A stretch of 64,000 nt of DNA, taken from assembly GCA_963701295.1 (NCBI GenBank), contig OY969585.1, positions 2,912,001 through 2,976,000 of the forward strand, in the 5' to 3' direction. Position 1 is the stretch's first letter; the number at the start of each line of letters is the position of its first letter. Below are positions 61,001 through 64,000 of this stretch, piece after piece. The translations under genes were made by a program, and so were the position numbers. The DNA comes from Ignavibacteriota bacterium. Its GTDB lineage: Bacteria; Bacteroidota; Ignavibacteria; UBA10030. A model generated the notes under the pieces. That model had not been told where the DNA came from and made no database searches. It saw only the letters and a program-made list of their open reading frames with translations.

Positions 61001-62064
61001 GAAGCAGAAAGTGTATCCATTTGCTTGCCGTGGCCTTGGGTAACGGTAAAGAAGTAATAATTTATTTCTGTATACGGATTAATATAATGTTGAAAAGTGT
61101 TGTTTCCGTTATAGAGCCAGCCTCTTACTCCCCGTCCGTAAAAAATTATATAATCTTCTGGATCGAAAATTCCATTACTATTTTGGTCTACCACCAACCG
61201 CGGAATTTCCAACAATGTATTTGGCCGAGGGCTTGTATTATCATCCGGGATTGCCAAGCCTCCATTCCCATACAATCGAATGGAGTTGATATCGCTTATC
61301 GAGATATTCAAACTGCGGAAGTAATTATAATCCAATTTGTACATACCAGTTTCAGTTACTTCTATGCGATACCATTCGCCTTGGGCAAGCGGAGAATCTT
61401 CATTCGTAGATTGCCGGGAACTTACTTTTGGCATCTTTGCTAATTGAGCTTTTTGCGGCAAGTCGCCCCTCAGTAGACAAGAAGAAACCAAACCGGCTGG
61501 AAAAGCATTTGTAAAATTAAGCCGAACAACCATGCGCGAATAAATCTTGACCTTCTCTTTGTCAATCGCCCGAACAGGATGCAAGAGAAGAGTTCCAACA
61601 CATCCTATGCTCGTCTGCCCAACATGAATAAGCTCAGCAAGAACGTATTGACCCGGTGCCCGTACTGTCCGAGCAAAACTCGTATCATCATAGCTTTCGC
61701 TAACGCCAAAATTCTTAAGGGTCTTCCTCGTAGGTTTAGGCAGCAGCTTGACCGTATCTCTGATTTGATATTCACTTGTTAAGACTTGAAGCGAATATTG
61801 AGGTGATGGAAGGAGCAGAAGAACAGCCCGAATAAAATCAGTCCTGCCTGTTGAATCGTATGCTATTTGACTGCCGAAGAACCGAAATCGAGTGAAGAGA
61901 GTGCCTTGGTTTCCAGAAACATGTTCAGTCTGAATGTGCGGTGTAAACTCCAGAACTACAGAATGTTGATTTTCACTCACGATGCGTATATCTGTCATCG
62001 GCTGAGCAATGCCTGTCAACGTTCCGGCAAAAATGAAGAAAAATATGACAATAGTTTTTTTCAT
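58075..62064 (-). CDS. porU: Type IX secretion system sortase PorU
   Basis: 'S.LAQGEWYRIEVTETGMYKL', 'LYGNGG', 'IGRLP', 'NFIGHG...WAHE', 'AACE', 'LFGDP', 'D.SGINT..GVGH', CTD; adjacent to porV. Confidence 0.93.
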   Translation of the reverse strand: MKKTIVIFFFIFAGTLTGIAQPMTDIRIVSENQHSVVLEFTPHIQTEHVSGNQGTLFTRFRFFGSQIAYDSTGRTDFIRAVLLLLPSPQYSLQVLTSEYQIRDTVKLLPKPTRKTLKNFGVSESYDDTSFARTVRAPGQYVLAELIHVGQTSIGCVGTLLLHPVRAIDKEKVKIYSRMVVRLNFTNAFPAGLVSSCLLRGDLPQKAQLAKMPKVSSRQSTNEDSPLAQGEWYRIEVTETGMYKLDYNYFRSLNISISDINSIRLYGNGGLAIPDDNTSPRPNTLLEIPRLVVDQNSNGIFDPEDYIIFYGRGVRGWLYNGNNTFQHYINPYTEINYYFFTVTQGHGKQMDTLSASAVSPTAIQPASFQEKLFVEEEKYNLQNSGRLWVGEKFAGTDAGTYNRSLPGLVATSPITYRFKFLHNSTTPDNLDIFENGQLLTGGSKTMGPAGLGTVYANEEYLYPSRTGGVPNNASSVTIQVTPGNQNQDALTWLDWMEIYYQRRFEAVNDTLIFTSPDVTGSVQYSISNFSSDIRAFDVTDHSNVKELKYYSADPTVCKIQLEQTSGSVRQIAVIGKTGFKTPGTTTKIDNTINLHNVQSQYDFIIISPPEFLSAANLLKAQRESHDSLRTLVVDINQIYSEFSGGLPDILAIREFLRYTQAYWQSPVPQYVLLFGWGYFDYKNISSNQRNWIPPYETEESLDPTNTSYPTDDEFVLLDSQNSIYSAAIGRLPARSVQEASIVVNKIISYETSAPDSNSWRNSLTLVADDGLTSTEEDDGSEFTDKTETIAESNAAKSFEKKKIYIVEYPTVNSALGRRKPSANTAIVDAINQGTLYTNFIGHGNDQVWAHEWIFTREGELPKLSNQDHLTFVVVAACENSLYDDPSILSTDEQLVTMEQGGAIGTFGAARKVYENPNAVLNTSFFYNLFTKDAAGRNPRLGDAALLAKSVNSDVMNTQKFHLFGDPTLRLLMPKNVASIDSVNGKSTLSIVTMKSLGRVPIQGAMRQNNGTPITSFQGKGTLQVFDSQREVHIVEGLGDFRFKENGSLLYRGGVSITSGQFKITIPIPKDVTFGNQSRISMYAWNNTTNGAGYTENVMINGIDSSVAIDTVGPQISIYLNDLNFRPGDVVKSNPTLIVRLHDESGINTSTAGVGHQLSATISNPERTFDLSNYYQSDLDTYKSGEVSHSLSDLIGDSLGEGKYTLSIKAWDIRNNSSEAETYFEVSAADDLTLLNVVNYPNPFSNSTTFTFQRNVIDPINVEIKIFSVAGRLIGKMSVQNIRDRSVRIPWNGRDNDGDRLANGIYLYKLIAHSQNGQHTSETIGKLAVVR

Positions 62065-62213
62065 AAAAAAAGCCGACCGAGAAACAATGGTCTTCTCGTT
62101 CGGCTAAACATGGAAGCAGAGAGTCTCGGCCGAACTTGAAAAAGGTTTCTACGGCAAATGCAATTCCTAACTTTTTACCCTGTGACACTTTAGGAATGAA
62201 CCTTTATCAAGCC
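62065..62213 (-). promoter_or_regulatory. Structured 5' leader with terminator hairpin and competing antiterminator upstream of porU
   Basis: AGCCGAACGAGAA-9nt-TTCTCGGTCGGCT plus T-run directly before ATG; upstream GTTCGGC complementary to the 5' arm; nested stems 62135-62211. Confidence 0.65.
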
Positions 62214-62433
62214 TTCGATATACTCTCCATAAATAGAACATCACATCATGAATTTATGATAAGATAACGAATGAAATGAAGATTGTCAAGCAAGCAAGAT
62301 TGGAATATCTCACAGGAAAAGAGCGGCCGAAGAAAACTTACATCGTTCGCTGATATTCCAAGAATTGTTTTGCAGTTGTGGCAACATTTGGGTAAATTAG
62401 CTTTGCAAATGAATTTATTCTCAATCAGGTAAT

Positions 62434-63921
62434 ATGTCAAGACCACTCAACATTCTTTTTGTTTCGAGCGAAGTAGAACCTTTCGCTAAAACCGGCGGGC
62501 TTGCCGATGTTTCCAGTGCTCTTCCAAAGGCAGTCAAAGATCTTGGACATGAAATCCGTATTATGATGCCGCGGTATCGATTTATCGGCGAGCGAAAGTT
62601 CAAATTACACGATATCATCCGTCTCCACGGAATCCCCATTCCAATCGGAAATTTGACCGAACTTGGGAACGTAAAATCATCATTTATCAATAATTTAAAA
62701 GAAAAAGTTCAAGTCTATTTTCTCGATAATGCAAATTACTTTGGGCGCGATGGCATCTACCAAAGTCCGACAACGAAAAAAGATTATAAAGATAATGATG
62801 AACGGTTCATTTTCTTCTGCCGTGGTGTCATAGAAACTTTGAAGCGGCTTGGATGGCAGCCGGATATCATCCATTGCAACGATTGGCAGTCAGGGCTTAT
62901 CGCTGCCTATCTCAAAACGATGTTCTCGACTGATCCGTTCTTCAAATCGATGAAAACGGTTTTCACGATCCATAACATGGGATATCAGGGTGCATTTTCA
63001 AAGGAGTCCTTTATTAAATCAAATTTGCCTGAAGAGTTGTTCCGTCCCAACGGTGTAGAAGCATACGGAAACTTCAACTTTCTCAAAACTGGATTGTTTT
63101 TCTCTGACGGTATAACAACGGTGAGCGAAAAATATGCCGATGAAATCTGTGCATCTCCCGAAATTGGTGCCGGACTCAACGGACTTCTTTCAACTCGGCG
63201 AAAAGATTTGCATGGAATTCTGAATGGCATCGATTATCAAATTTGGAATCCTGCCACAGATGAATTCTCTTTCCGCAAATATGATGTCAAATCTATTGAA
63301 GCAAAGGTGGACAATAAACGAGCTTTGCTCACAAAATTCGGATTGGAATTTTCCGAGAACCGTCCGGTGATCGGAATGATCAGTCGGCTTGCAGATCAGA
63401 AAGGATTCGACCTGGTCTTTGAAATTATTGAGGATATTATTCGGCTGGACTTACAGTTCGTGATGCTGGTAGCTGGTGAAAGAGAATACGAAAAGAAAAT
63501 TGAAGCTCTTCAAAAGAAATACTCCAAACGCATTGCGGTAGTCATAGGGTACGACAATGAAATTGCACATTTGATCGAAGCTGGAACGGATATGTTTCTC
63601 ATGCCGTCTAAGTACGAGCCGTGTGGTCTTAATCAGATGTACAGTATGCGCTATGGCACGGTTCCTGTTGTTCGAGCGACCGGCGGGTTAGATGATACAG
63701 TAGAAGATTATACTGGAAACGGAAAAGGAACCGGTTTCAAGTTTGAAAAGTATGAATCGAAAGAATTGATGAAAGTCATTCAGCGTGCACTGAAGGTCTT
63801 TCAACAGCCTGAAGAATGGAAACGGCTCATGCGAAATGGCATGATGCAAGATTTTTCGTGGGAACATTCTGCACGGAAATACATCAACTTATATAAAGAA
63901 CTTTTAAGACATAACGCATAG
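62434..63921 (+). CDS. glgA: Glycogen synthase
   Basis: 'SEVEPFAKTGGLADV', 'HCNDWQ', 'TIHNMGYQG', 'SRLADQKG', 'MPSKYEPCGLNQ', 'TGGLDDTV'. Confidence 0.97.
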   Translation: MSRPLNILFVSSEVEPFAKTGGLADVSSALPKAVKDLGHEIRIMMPRYRFIGERKFKLHDIIRLHGIPIPIGNLTELGNVKSSFINNLKEKVQVYFLDNANYFGRDGIYQSPTTKKDYKDNDERFIFFCRGVIETLKRLGWQPDIIHCNDWQSGLIAAYLKTMFSTDPFFKSMKTVFTIHNMGYQGAFSKESFIKSNLPEELFRPNGVEAYGNFNFLKTGLFFSDGITTVSEKYADEICASPEIGAGLNGLLSTRRKDLHGILNGIDYQIWNPATDEFSFRKYDVKSIEAKVDNKRALLTKFGLEFSENRPVIGMISRLADQKGFDLVFEIIEDIIRLDLQFVMLVAGEREYEKKIEALQKKYSKRIAVVIGYDNEIAHLIEAGTDMFLMPSKYEPCGLNQMYSMRYGTVPVVRATGGLDDTVEDYTGNGKGTGFKFEKYESKELMKVIQRALKVFQQPEEWKRLMRNGMMQDFSWEHSARKYINLYKELLRHNA

Positions 63922-64000
63922 CACTGGATGACATTGGAATTGTTTGCAATCGCAACGGCACCGATAAAGGCCACAGTACTTGTTCCTGCCAGAGAAATGG

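Noticed and set aside
62150-62200. Assignment of the porU leader to c-di-GMP-I, ykkC or SAM-II/V riboswitch classes
   Set aside because: Only short partial resemblances (CACAGGGUAAA, GCAUUUGCCGUA); the core consensus elements are not evident
63928-64000. Open frame starting after glgA
   Set aside because: Truncated by the window edge; too short to identify

Overview
About 62 kb of co-oriented minus-strand genes, probably from an Ignavibacteriota/Bacteroidota-group (FCB) bacterium; taxonomy is inferred from the T9SS genes. In transcription order: porU, porV, a T9SS cargo with an apparently dead M6 protease site, outer-membrane proteins, a HIT protein, then a large Wzx/Wzy surface-glycan locus, a second PorU-like C25 protein, a Wzi-like protein and an ECF sigma/anti-sigma trio. 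The glycan locus holds an SLBB exporter, wzz, two flippases, wzy, about 12 glycosyltransferases, 4 methyltransferases, a priming transferase, ugd, a GDP-mannose 3,5-epimerase-like gene, gmd, fcl, uxs and glf. glgA is divergent at the right end. The most striking unexplained structure is a set of about 13 degenerate 7-bp tandem arrays at gene junctions of the glycan locus. One orientation starts at upstream stop codons, the complementary orientation ends just before downstream start codons, and inverted pairs bracket passenger DNA: three four-helix-bundle genes (two apparently damaged), an MNT-HEPN toxin-antitoxin pair with pseudogene debris, and an 'empty' site. Also notable: a GIY-YIG gene embedded in GTCATTGCGA palindromic repeats, a terminator/antiterminator leader abutting the porU start codon, and a decayed duplicate of the wzz 3' end. 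No rRNA, tRNA, CRISPR array, transposase or reverse transcriptase was recognised. All calls come from reading motifs by eye; no searches were run.
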